Source of the DNA: Candidatus Omnitrophica bacterium UBA6215
GTDB lineage: Bacteria > Omnitrophota > Gorgyraeia > Pluralincolimonadales > Pluralincolimonadaceae
Reading direction: 5' to 3'
Length of the DNA stretch: 64,000 nucleotides
Assembly (NCBI GenBank): GCA_002421665.1
Contig: DISH01000004.1
Span: 23,174 to 87,173 of the forward strand
The notes under the pieces are model-generated. The model had not been told where the DNA came from. It did not search any database and worked only from the letters and a program-made list of their open reading frames with translations. Positions 19,392 through 28,705 of this stretch are shown here, piece by piece (position 1 is the stretch's first letter; each line of letters begins with the position of its first letter). The position numbers and the translations under genes were made by a program.

Positions 19392-20738
19392 ATGAGAAAT
19401 AGAATTCTAATCGCGATAATCTTGTTTCTCATGGCGGTCGTTTCGACTGCGGCCCCCGAAGAGAAGACCGGACGCGTGTTGACACTGCGCGACGGGATAT
19501 CTATTGTCCAGAAGGATAGCCGTCTCATAAAGATATCCTCGTATGACGACGAGATGGCCTTCCAGAGTTCTATGATGGCCCGTTCGGCGCTCCTGCCGCA
19601 GCTTAACGCCGGCGCATCCAAGATCTATAACAGGAATAAATCCGAGATGAAATTCGCAGGTATAGAGGTCCCGACCTCGGACAAGAACACATATTCATTC
19701 GGCATAAAAGTCTACCAGACACTCTTCGATTTCGGCAAGAGCCTGTCGAATTACCGCGCCTCTAAGGAATATCTCGAAGCTGCGAAGATCCGCAGTGAAA
19801 GCGTCAAGCGTGTAGCCACCCTCGAGTTCATAACCGCTTATTTCGACCTTTTGGAGACTGAGAGAATGATAGAGGTTGCGCAGAAAGAGGTTGAAAGCCT
19901 TGCTTCTTACATAAAAGATATGGAACATCTTTATGAACAGGGAGTGATAGTAAAGAACGACCTGCTCCCGGCAAAGGTAAAACTTGCTGATGCCAAACAG
20001 AAACTTATAGTCGCACGCAATGGCAGGGAGATTGCTGAGGCCCGTCTGAACAATATCCTTGCTTTTCCGTTGGATGAAAGACTAATCGTCCGCGATATAA
20101 ATATGAAGCTGCCCCAGTACCCGGGTATAGAAGAAGCGTGGAATACTGCCGAAGGGCAGAGGCCGGAGATATTTTTTTATAACAGTAGGATAAAGTCGTC
20201 CGAGGCGAGCGCACGGGCCAAAGCTGTCGAGAACCTTCCGATAGTGTATGCAGAGGGCGGATATACTTACGCGAAGAACAGCTACCAGGTCCACGAAAAC
20301 AATCTCTCGGGCGGGATTGGTGTCAAGATGAACCTGTATGACGGCGGCCTGGCGCGGGCCGACTTGATGAAGGAAAGGGCCTTGCAGAACCAGATAAAGG
20401 AAGAAAAGGGCAAGGTCATAGAAGATATAAAACTGGAAGTGGAGGACAGCCATCTCGGTCTGAAGAATGCATGCGAAAAGGTATCCGTGGCGTCCGAGGC
20501 GATCGGCCAGGCGGACGAGAACGTCCGCGCATTCCGTGCGAAATATGCGGCGGGGGTCGCCACATCCACGGATGTTCTGGAGGCGATAACGCTCCAGACG
20601 AGGGCGCAGACGAATTATTACGGGGCGGATTACGAGATGAAAAGGGATTACGCGAAGCTTATGTATTCGATGGGTATCGACCTCGCGCTGGTATACGGGA
20701 CTATGGAGGAGAAAAATGAACCCGCAGAACGTCAATAA
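19392..20738 (+). CDS. TolC-family outer-membrane efflux protein
   Basis: Signal peptide; two TolC repeats; 448 aa. Confidence 0.8.
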   Translation: MRNRILIAIILFLMAVVSTAAPEEKTGRVLTLRDGISIVQKDSRLIKISSYDDEMAFQSSMMARSALLPQLNAGASKIYNRNKSEMKFAGIEVPTSDKNTYSFGIKVYQTLFDFGKSLSNYRASKEYLEAAKIRSESVKRVATLEFITAYFDLLETERMIEVAQKEVESLASYIKDMEHLYEQGVIVKNDLLPAKVKLADAKQKLIVARNGREIAEARLNNILAFPLDERLIVRDINMKLPQYPGIEEAWNTAEGQRPEIFFYNSRIKSSEASARAKAVENLPIVYAEGGYTYAKNSYQVHENNLSGGIGVKMNLYDGGLARADLMKERALQNQIKEEKGKVIEDIKLEVEDSHLGLKNACEKVSVASEAIGQADENVRAFRAKYAAGVATSTDVLEAITLQTRAQTNYYGADYEMKRDYAKLMYSMGIDLALVYGTMEEKNEPAERQ

Positions 20739-21576
20739 GAAAAAGAACATAATATTTTCCGCCGTGATAGGCGTGGTCGTCATCATTGTCGGGGCGAGCG
20801 CCTTAAAAGGCATGGGCCGGGTCTCCACGGATGACGCGTTCATAGAGGGCAGGATACACCAAATAGCTCCGAAGATCCCCGGGACGGTGCTGGCGGTCCC
20901 GATCGAGGACAACAGCCAGGTCAAGAAAGGGGACCTGCTGGTGGAGATCGATCCCGTAGATTATCAGTTGAGGGTCAACGAGGCCAAGGCGGCCCTGGAT
21001 ATGAGCAAGGCGGCTTACGAACAGGCGGGACGCGACAGGGACCGCGCCGAGTCCCTTTACAAGGAAGAAGTATACCCCAAGCAGAGATATGAGAACGCGC
21101 AGACCGCTTATGACCTCGCAAAGGCGCAATATGATACCGCCGAGGCCCAGTTGAATATCGCGCAGCGCAACCTCGAATATGCCAGGATATATGCCCCTTC
21201 CGACGGTCACGTGGCGAAGAAATCGGTAGAGACCGGCAATCAGGTACTTCCGGGCCAGGCCCTTATGGCCGTTGTATCGAACGATATGTGGGTGGTCGCG
21301 AATTTCAAGGAGACGCAATTGAAGAACGTCCGGCCGGGTCAGGAGGTCAGGATAAAGGTCGATACTTACCCGGGCAAGGTCTTCAACGGTCATGTGGACA
21401 GCATCCAGCGCGGGACCGGCTCCAAGTTCAGTCTTTTCCCTCCGGAGAATGCCGCGGGTAATTACGTGAAGGTGGTCCAGAGGATACCTGTCAAGATAGT
21501 CTTCGACGGGAACCCGGCGGAAAGGTATAACCTTAGTGTGGGCATGTCGGTCGTGCCTGAGATATCGGTGCGGTAA
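20716..21576 (+). CDS. HlyD/EmrA-family periplasmic adaptor
   Basis: Single N-terminal TM; coiled-coil and lipoyl/beta-barrel domains; overlaps the upstream gene. Confidence 0.8.
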   Translation: MNPQNVNKKKNIIFSAVIGVVVIIVGASALKGMGRVSTDDAFIEGRIHQIAPKIPGTVLAVPIEDNSQVKKGDLLVEIDPVDYQLRVNEAKAALDMSKAAYEQAGRDRDRAESLYKEEVYPKQRYENAQTAYDLAKAQYDTAEAQLNIAQRNLEYARIYAPSDGHVAKKSVETGNQVLPGQALMAVVSNDMWVVANFKETQLKNVRPGQEVRIKVDTYPGKVFNGHVDSIQRGTGSKFSLFPPENAAGNYVKVVQRIPVKIVFDGNPAERYNLSVGMSVVPEISVR

Positions 21577-23114
21577 TGGAACAAACGGCCGCGGCGGACG
21601 GGACCGAAAAATGGCGCCCGAAGTATAACCCGTGGTGGATCTGCCTTGCTGTTATGTCTGCGACAATAATGGAGATCCTGGATACGACTATCACGAACGT
21701 CGCCATGCCGCACATTGCCGGAAGCCTCGCCGTAACGACCCATGAAGCCACATGGGTGCTTACAAGCTATCTTGTCTCTAATGCAATAATCCTGCCTTCC
21801 ACGGCGTGGTTCAGCGGGTTTTTCGGGAGAAAACGTTTTTTTATGACCTGCATCATCCTGTTCACTGTGGCCTCTTTATTGTGTGGTTTCGCGAATAGCC
21901 TCGGATTTTTGCTTCTCGCACGGGTTTTTCAGGGCCTGGGCGGAGGCGCGTTGATGCCAATATCGCAGGCGATTCTTCTTGAGAGCTTTCCAAAAGAGAA
22001 ACACGGCACGGCAATGGCGGTTTTTGCCATAGGCGTCGTTATCGCGCCTATTTTAGGCCCTCTTATAGGCGGGTGGCTTACCGATAATTTTTCATGGCGC
22101 TGGGTGTTCTTTATCAATCTGCCTACCGGGATATTCGCGCTGTTACTGACGAACATGTTCATAGAGGATCCTCCGTATGTCAAAAAAGAAAGCACGATGA
22201 TAGACCGTATAGGTTTTGCACTGATGGCTATCGGTTTGGGGACCCTGCAGGTAGTGCTTGACAAAGGACAGGAGGTCGATTGGCTCCAATCGGCCTGGCT
22301 TTGCAGGTTAAGCATAGTCACCGTTGTCTCGCTTACGGCGTTCATATTCTGGGAATTGCGTGTAAAAAACCCCGTAGTGAACCTGCGTATCCTGAAAGAC
22401 AGGAATTTTTCCGGCGGGTTGGTGGAGGCCCTGTTCCTCGGCGCGATAATGTACGGAGTTTTAACGCTGGTGCCTCTCTTCTACCAGACGCTGTTGGGTT
22501 ACACCGCATATTCGAGCGGGCTGGTATTTGCCACTTTCGGGATAGGCTGTCTCATAGGTTCCGTAGCCGCGGGATTTTTGACCAATCATTTTGACGGGCG
22601 CATACCTTTTGCCATGGGGTTGGTGGTTGTCAGTATAGGGATTTTTTCACTGGGGATAATTAATTTGCAGATGGCCATGTATAGCAGGTTCCTGTCAAAT
22701 GTCATCAGCGGTTTCGGTTTTATGACGGCATTCATTCCGTTGTCGGTTATCGCCGTAGGGCACTTGAATAACAAAGATATGGGAAACGGAACGGGGCTTT
22801 TTAACCTGATGCGCAATATAGGAGGAAGTATAGGCATAGCCATAACTACCACTATGCTTTCGCGTATGGGGCAGGTCCACCAGACTTTCCTTACCGGACG
22901 CCTCACGCCGTACGACCCGGTTTACCAGCAGACGGTCAGGGCGGCAGGTCCGGAGATAGCTAACGGGCTTATTTATAAAGGGCTATTGCAGCAGTCTTCG
23001 CTGCTTGCATATATCGATGTTTTCCGTTTTTTCGGGGTTGTCGCCGTTATTTGCGTATTTTTGACCGTTATTTTCCGCAGGGTTAAAAATGCGGGAACGG
23101 TTATGGTTCATTAA
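21576..23114 (+). CDS. MFS DHA2 (EmrB/QacA) drug efflux transporter, 14 TM
   Basis: 512 aa. Conserved N-terminal region MSATIMEILDTTITNVAMPHIAGSL. Confidence 0.85.
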   Translation: MEQTAAADGTEKWRPKYNPWWICLAVMSATIMEILDTTITNVAMPHIAGSLAVTTHEATWVLTSYLVSNAIILPSTAWFSGFFGRKRFFMTCIILFTVASLLCGFANSLGFLLLARVFQGLGGGALMPISQAILLESFPKEKHGTAMAVFAIGVVIAPILGPLIGGWLTDNFSWRWVFFINLPTGIFALLLTNMFIEDPPYVKKESTMIDRIGFALMAIGLGTLQVVLDKGQEVDWLQSAWLCRLSIVTVVSLTAFIFWELRVKNPVVNLRILKDRNFSGGLVEALFLGAIMYGVLTLVPLFYQTLLGYTAYSSGLVFATFGIGCLIGSVAAGFLTNHFDGRIPFAMGLVVVSIGIFSLGIINLQMAMYSRFLSNVISGFGFMTAFIPLSVIAVGHLNNKDMGNGTGLFNLMRNIGGSIGIAITTTMLSRMGQVHQTFLTGRLTPYDPVYQQTVRAAGPEIANGLIYKGLLQQSSLLAYIDVFRFFGVVAVICVFLTVIFRRVKNAGTVMVH

Positions 23115-23120
23115 GAAAGG

Positions 23121-24311
23121 TTGGAGATATTGAAGAGACATTATTGGATCATAGCGGTTGTTCTTGTCCTTTCCGGATGCGCTACCGTGCGCCACGCGTT
23201 GCCCGAAGGGATGCAGGACTGCGCTACAGTCTCCGGCATGAAAGACATAAGGGTATACAGCGGCAACCCCACGGAATATTTCAGGAAAGACCTAATCAGC
23301 TTGATAGATGCCAAGGTCCCGGGCCGGGAATACTCCATGCTTGCCATATCCGGAGGCGGCGCCAACGGGGCATACGGGGCAGGGCTGCTTAAAGGGTGGA
23401 CAAGATCCGGCACCCGGCCTGTATTTACCGTTGTTACCGGCATAAGTACGGGTGCGATCATAGCGCCGTTCGCTTTTCTGGGCGGTGATTATGACGGGGC
23501 GCTGGAAAAGTTCTATACCCAATATTCCACCAAAGACATCATGACGATAACACTGCCTTTTGTCAATTCTTTCGCGTCCCCGAGGCCCTTGAAGAAGAAT
23601 ATCGATAAATATTTTGACATGGCTTTATTGAAAGAGATCGCCTCGGAATACAGTAAGGGCCGCAGGCTCTACATAGGTACCGCGAATCTCGATGCCCAGA
23701 AGCTTGTGATATGGGACATGGGAAAGATAGCCTCGATAGGTGATGACAGGGCCCTGGCGCTGTTCAGACAGGTGATCCTGGCGTCGTCGTCCATACCGGT
23801 AGCGTTCCCGCCCGTGTATTTCAAGGTTGAATCCGAAGGCAAGACTTATGATGAAATGCATGTTGACGGCGGCGTGGTAAAACAGGTCTTCTTCCTTTAT
23901 GAGGTCGCGCAGGGTATGGGAAAGGCCATAAAAGAGAGACGGTCGGACATCAGAGGTTTTCGTTATAAAATATACATAATAAGGAACGGCTATGCGGATT
24001 CGATATGGAAAGAGGTCCCCAATGACCTTTCGGCGATAGCCGAGAGGACTATGGATACCATGATAAACGCGCAAGGGGTGGGTGATATCTACCAGCTTTA
24101 CGCTTTTTCGAAATTAGGAAACGGGGACTTTAACCTTGCCTATATACCTGCCACCCATATCTCTAACGCCAGGGAACCCTTCGATCCGGTAGAGATGCGC
24201 AAACTCTTCGCATTGGGCTATGATGAGGCTGCGGCGGGATACAACTGGAAGAAAGTGCCGCCGGGGTTCAGCCTGGAAGAAACGACTAACAACCCGGAGA
24301 TACCGAGATGA
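23121..24311 (+). CDS. patatin-like phospholipase (lipoprotein)
   Basis: TTG start. Lipobox LSGCAT. Oxyanion GGGANGAYGAG, nucleophile GISTG, catalytic DGG. Confidence 0.8.
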   Translation: MEILKRHYWIIAVVLVLSGCATVRHALPEGMQDCATVSGMKDIRVYSGNPTEYFRKDLISLIDAKVPGREYSMLAISGGGANGAYGAGLLKGWTRSGTRPVFTVVTGISTGAIIAPFAFLGGDYDGALEKFYTQYSTKDIMTITLPFVNSFASPRPLKKNIDKYFDMALLKEIASEYSKGRRLYIGTANLDAQKLVIWDMGKIASIGDDRALALFRQVILASSSIPVAFPPVYFKVESEGKTYDEMHVDGGVVKQVFFLYEVAQGMGKAIKERRSDIRGFRYKIYIIRNGYADSIWKEVPNDLSAIAERTMDTMINAQGVGDIYQLYAFSKLGNGDFNLAYIPATHISNAREPFDPVEMRKLFALGYDEAAAGYNWKKVPPGFSLEETTNNPEIPR

Positions 24312-24550
24312 AACTATTCGACGAGATCAAGAGCATTATAAGCGAACAGATAAACATGCCGCCCGACAGGATAGAACCTAAGTCAATTTTGGCCGAAAGT
24401 CTTTTTATGGATTACGTGGATATCATACAACTGGCTATAAAGCTTGAGATAAGATACGGCATCGAGCTGCCCGACAGCGAGATCGACGGCATAGTCACCG
24501 TCCAGGACCTGGTCGATCACATAAGCGCTAAGGTCCGGACGCTTCCTTGA
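24308..24550 (+). CDS. acyl-carrier-protein-like small protein
   Basis: 80 aa, ATGA-coupled to the patatin gene. ACP-like helices with an ESL in place of the DSL phosphopantetheine site. Confidence 0.5.
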   Translation: MKLFDEIKSIISEQINMPPDRIEPKSILAESLFMDYVDIIQLAIKLEIRYGIELPDSEIDGIVTVQDLVDHISAKVRTLP

Positions 24551-24584
24551 CATAAAGCCCGTAAAGTTCTAACATATCATTACA

Positions 24585-24962
24585 ATGTCCGGTGACAAAA
24601 GGACCATCCTGGTCGTAGAAGACGACCCCCTGAGCATGAGATTGACCGTTGACCTGCTCCAGGCCAACGGTTTCAACACTTTGGACTGCCGCGACGGGAC
24701 CGCCGCGCTTGAAACGCTCAAGGCATCCTCTCCCGATATGATACTGCTAGATATCAATATGCCGGGGATGAGCGGTTTTGAGGTCCATGAAAAAATAAGG
24801 CAGGACAGGCGTTTTGACGGTATCAAGGTCATCGCACTGTCCGCGTCCGTCATGAAAGAGGAAGAGGACAGGATAAGGAAAGCGGGCTTCAGTGATTTCG
24901 TCCCCAAACCGCTTGACACAAAAGGCCTTGTCAGGAAGATAAAGGAGTATCTCGGCGAATGA
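24585..24962 (+). CDS. response regulator, receiver domain only
   Basis: ILVVEDDP...MILLDINMPGMSGFEV receiver motifs; no output domain. Confidence 0.85.
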   Translation: MSGDKRTILVVEDDPLSMRLTVDLLQANGFNTLDCRDGTAALETLKASSPDMILLDINMPGMSGFEVHEKIRQDRRFDGIKVIALSASVMKEEEDRIRKAGFSDFVPKPLDTKGLVRKIKEYLGE

Positions 24963-26080
24963 GAGATGACCTGGAGATCCAATACCGCGAACTGATGGAA
25001 AATGCCAACAGCATCATACTGCGGATGGATACGAAAGGCAACGTGACATATTTTAACAGGTTCGCGGAGAACTTCTTCGGTTTCAGGCAGGAAGATATCC
25101 TCGGAAAGAACGTCATAGGCACGATAGTCGCCCCGGCCGACCTCTCCGGGAAAGACCTGCGGGCCATGATAGATGACCTCGTGCACCACCCCTCCACTTA
25201 CATGAGCAATGAGAACGAGAATATCCTCCGGAGCGGGAAGCGCGTATGGATATCGTGGACGAACAAGGCGATACTCGACGAAGACGGAAGGCCTGTAGAA
25301 GTGCTGGCCATAGGGAATGATATAACGAAGCTCAAGGAAGCCGAGGCGCAGATATTGAAGGCGAAAGAAGCCGCCGAAAGCGCCAATAAAGCAAAGAGCT
25401 CTTTCCTGGCGAACATGTCGCACGAACTCAGGACCCCGCTCAATGCCATAATCGGTTTTTCGGAATTAATGAAGGACGGGACTGCCGGGCCGCTGAACGA
25501 AAAACAAAAAGAATATATAGGTTATGTATGGGAGAGCGGCAAGCACCTGCTGTCTCTCATTAACGATATCCTTGACCTTTCGAAAATAGAAGCGGGCAAA
25601 ATGGAACTTGAGCTCGGCGAGTTCGACCTCAGGGACCTGATAAAGAAAAGCCTTACGTTCGTATCCGAAAGGGCAAATAAGCACGGAATAAGCCTTTTGA
25701 CCGAGATAGCCGGCGGCGTGGGCACGGTCAGGGCCGATGAACGCAAGGTCAAGCAGGTAGTCTTCAACCTGTTATCCAACGCCATGAAATTTACGCCTGA
25801 CGGCGGCAAGATCGGTATCGAGGCAAAGGAAGATGCCGGCATGGTCAAGGTCTGTGTTTGGGATACGGGCATAGGCATAGAGGACTCGGACAAGGGAAAG
25901 GTTTTTTCCGAGTTCGAACAGATAGACAGCGAATATTCGCGCAAATATGCCGGTACGGGTTTAGGTATGCCGCTTAGCAGGAAGTTTATCGAGCTGCACG
26001 GCGGGAAGATGTGGTTTGAGAGCGAAGGCAAAGGCAAGGGCACACGTTTTTATTTTACTCTGCCGTTCCGGGCAGGTTAA
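24959..26080 (+). CDS. PAS-domain sensor histidine kinase (cytoplasmic)
   Basis: PAS domain, H-box SHELRTPLN, HATPase N/G boxes; no TM segments. Confidence 0.85.
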   Translation: MRDDLEIQYRELMENANSIILRMDTKGNVTYFNRFAENFFGFRQEDILGKNVIGTIVAPADLSGKDLRAMIDDLVHHPSTYMSNENENILRSGKRVWISWTNKAILDEDGRPVEVLAIGNDITKLKEAEAQILKAKEAAESANKAKSSFLANMSHELRTPLNAIIGFSELMKDGTAGPLNEKQKEYIGYVWESGKHLLSLINDILDLSKIEAGKMELELGEFDLRDLIKKSLTFVSERANKHGISLLTEIAGGVGTVRADERKVKQVVFNLLSNAMKFTPDGGKIGIEAKEDAGMVKVCVWDTGIGIEDSDKGKVFSEFEQIDSEYSRKYAGTGLGMPLSRKFIELHGGKMWFESEGKGKGTRFYFTLPFRAG

Positions 26081-26094
26081 AAGGAGGTAATGCG

Positions 26095-26469
26095 ATGGCC
26101 AAGGTCCTTTTGATCGATGATGATGCAATGTTGCTTAAACTTTATTCCGAGATATTATCGAAAGATGGCATCTCTGTATTGACCGCTAACGACGCGAAGA
26201 AAGGGTTTGACCTTGCGGCAGCAGAGGCGCCGGACCTGATACTGCTGGACATAATGATGCCGGAAGTCGACGGGACAAAAGTGCATGAAAGCCTCTCCCG
26301 GAATGAGAAGACGAAAGGGATCCCTATAGTGTTCCTTACCGCGCTCGTGAAAGAAGAAGAGGTCGAGGCCGGGGGCGGAAAGATCGGCGGCCTTAATTAT
26401 ATATCGAAATCTACGCCGAAAGGGAAATTTGTCGCCAAGGTCAAAGAGATCCTTTCGGGAAGCAGATAA
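26095..26469 (+). CDS. response regulator, receiver domain only
   Basis: LLIDDD...LLDIMMPEVDG receiver motifs. Confidence 0.85.
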   Translation: MAKVLLIDDDAMLLKLYSEILSKDGISVLTANDAKKGFDLAAAEAPDLILLDIMMPEVDGTKVHESLSRNEKTKGIPIVFLTALVKEEEVEAGGGKIGGLNYISKSTPKGKFVAKVKEILSGSR

Positions 26470-26474
26470 GACCG

Positions 26475-27299
26475 ATGCCGTTGAGGCGGGTTGCTGCGGT
26501 CCTTTGCGCCGCTTTTGCGGTATCAGGCTGCGCGAGCCTTTCCTATGACCCCGGCGATGAGCCGGGGTTCTCGAAAAGACTCATACGCGGCCGTGACTTC
26601 ATATTGTTCTCATGCATAAAAGTTGAAAGTCCGGGAGAACCGTTGACCGTATATATCGAAGGCGACGGGAGGGCATGGGTGACTCGTTATGAGCCTTCAC
26701 GCGATCCTACGCCGTTGAACCCGCTCGCTATGGAATTAGCCGGCCGGGACCCTTCGCCGAACGTTGCATACCTGGCGCGGCCCGGACAATACCCCTCGTT
26801 GGGGGCTTCCGAATGCGACGCGAAGTACTGGATGTCCAAGAGGTTCGCTCCCGAAGTGATAGATGCCATGGATTCTGCGGTCAGTTCGCTCAAGGAGGCG
26901 GCGCAGGCATCATCGGTCTTGTTGGTGGGATATTCCGGAGGCGCTGCGGTTGCCGTACTCGTTGCCGCGCGCCGGGATGACGTAGCTGCTTTGCGGACGG
27001 TATGCGGCAACCTGGATTGCTCGGAGGTAAGCAGGTATAATAAAGTAAGCCCGCTTGCAGGTTCTCTGGACCCTATAGATGAGGCGGAGAAAGTTTCAAA
27101 GATCCCCCGGCGCCATTTTATAGCATCCTCCGACAAGATAATACCTTTTTCCGCGGCTGAAAGATTTGCCGATAAGTCGGGTGACACTGCGCACAGGAGT
27201 ATCAGCGTTATCGAGGGGACTACCCATTATTCGGGCTGGGGAGAAAAGTGGCGCCGGCTGCTTGCCGAGCCGCTGTATAAGTTTCCGGAAGAGAGTTGA
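26475..27299 (+). CDS. alpha/beta-hydrolase lipoprotein
   Basis: Lipobox VSGCAS; GYSGG nucleophile elbow. Confidence 0.6.
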   Translation: MPLRRVAAVLCAAFAVSGCASLSYDPGDEPGFSKRLIRGRDFILFSCIKVESPGEPLTVYIEGDGRAWVTRYEPSRDPTPLNPLAMELAGRDPSPNVAYLARPGQYPSLGASECDAKYWMSKRFAPEVIDAMDSAVSSLKEAAQASSVLLVGYSGGAAVAVLVAARRDDVAALRTVCGNLDCSEVSRYNKVSPLAGSLDPIDEAEKVSKIPRRHFIASSDKIIPFSAAERFADKSGDTAHRSISVIEGTTHYSGWGEKWRRLLAEPLYKFPEES

Positions 27300-27312
27300 T
27301 AGAGGAAGAGGC

Positions 27313-27963
27313 ATGAGGATAAAGACAGTTATTTTTTTATCTGCATTGCTGGCCTTGGCCGCGGCCGGTTATTGCGAATCAGCCCCCGAGGACCTGGTCA
27401 GGGCCGCCTGGAAAGGCGACCTTCCGGCCGTTAAAGATCTTGTAAACAAAGGCGCCAATGTGAACGGTAAGGTGAATTACAGCGGCACAGCCGTCCAATA
27501 CGCTGCAGAACAAGGCCATTTAGATATTGTCGAGTTCCTGATAGATAAAGGCGCCGATATCAACGCCAAGACAGATAACGGTATAACCGCGCTAATCCTG
27601 GCATCCCAGAGGGGTCACATTGAGATCGTAAAATTGCTGATAGATAAAGGCGCCGAAATGGATGTAAAAGCGACCGATGACGGTACCACTGCGCTTATAT
27701 GGGCTTCGCAGCGCGGATATCTGGATGTTGTCAAGGCATTGATCGCCGGGGGCGCGGACGTGAATATCAAAGCGAATAACGGGGCAACGGCCCTGTTTGC
27801 CGCGGTCAATAACGGTTACCTTGACATAACCGAGGAGCTCATAGATAAAGGTGCCGACGTGAACGCGCAGCTGAGCGACGGCACGAAGCTTTTGACGGTA
27901 GCGAAGGAGAAGAAATATAACGAGATAGCCCAGGAACTTATAAAGGCCGGAACCAAGAAATAG
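27313..27963 (+). CDS. signal-peptide ankyrin-repeat protein
   Basis: SD GAGGAAGAGG precedes ATG 27313. Signal peptide MRIKTVIFLSALLALAAAG. About 5 ANK repeats (GHLDIVEFLIDKGADINAK...). The ORF-track start at 27166 overlaps the upstream gene and is rejected. Confidence 0.75.
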   Translation: MRIKTVIFLSALLALAAAGYCESAPEDLVRAAWKGDLPAVKDLVNKGANVNGKVNYSGTAVQYAAEQGHLDIVEFLIDKGADINAKTDNGITALILASQRGHIEIVKLLIDKGAEMDVKATDDGTTALIWASQRGYLDVVKALIAGGADVNIKANNGATALFAAVNNGYLDITEELIDKGADVNAQLSDGTKLLTVAKEKKYNEIAQELIKAGTKK

Positions 27964-28007
27964 ATATGGTATAATAAATAGCCATTGTTGGGTCTATTGG
28001 AGGATAC

Positions 28008-28682
28008 GTGAGGAGAAGATCGTTTAGCGCCGTAATATTGGTCGCCTTGTCTGTTGCGACCTGCCAGGCATCGCCTGCTGCCATATCCAGGGGGGAGAAG
28101 ATATCCTATTGCGTAAGCCCCGCAGGCAACGCGGAATACGAAGACATGGGGCTAGTGGATTACCGCGGCAGGACCTATTGGCTTGTCACTTTTCGGACTT
28201 CGCTTACCGGTTTCAACGACCTGGAGAAGATATACGCCGATCCGGATACCGGCATGCCGTTGATAGTAGAAAGGGATGTGCGTTGGCCTCTTAACAGGGA
28301 GTTCCTTGTGGAAGAGTATGATTCCCGGAACAATTCCCTTGTGGTCAAGAAATACCAGAATAACAAGATTTCCGATGAGTTAAAGTTCACCTCTAACGGG
28401 CCGTACCATAATGCGATACTGCTGCCTTTTTACCTGCGCCGCGTAAAGGACCTTCATGTGGGCTGGAGCATGGTCGTCCGTTTGCGCGAGGAATATACCG
28501 TTACCCTGGTAGGTATTGACGAGATAAAAGTCAACAATGCCAGGATGGCCGCTTACCACTTTACGAGCAAACCGGAGAAGTTCGAAATATGGGTAAGCAG
28601 GGATGATGAGCGTTTGCCCGTGCTTATAAAAGGAACGGTCGGGTGCAGTCTTTCGATGCTTCGCCATTCCGGCGCGGACTAA
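28008..28682 (+). CDS. secreted hypothetical protein (DUF3108-like?)
   Basis: GTG start, signal peptide, no recognised catalytic motifs. Confidence 0.45.
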   Translation: MRRRSFSAVILVALSVATCQASPAAISRGEKISYCVSPAGNAEYEDMGLVDYRGRTYWLVTFRTSLTGFNDLEKIYADPDTGMPLIVERDVRWPLNREFLVEEYDSRNNSLVVKKYQNNKISDELKFTSNGPYHNAILLPFYLRRVKDLHVGWSMVVRLREEYTVTLVGIDEIKVNNARMAAYHFTSKPEKFEIWVSRDDERLPVLIKGTVGCSLSMLRHSGAD

Positions 28683-28705
28683 AAAAGGACGGGGATCTGT
28701 CTATC

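Noticed and set aside
24569-25423. 284-aa minus-strand ORF opposite the response regulator and histidine kinase genes
   Set aside because: The + strand genes have canonical receiver and H-box/HATPase motifs. The reverse ORF has none.
27166-27312. ORF-track N-terminal extension of the ankyrin gene overlapping the alpha/beta-hydrolase gene
   Set aside because: An internal ATG at 27313 is preceded by a good SD and followed by a signal peptide. The 49-codon extension overlaps the upstream gene and is Arg/Gly/Ser-rich.
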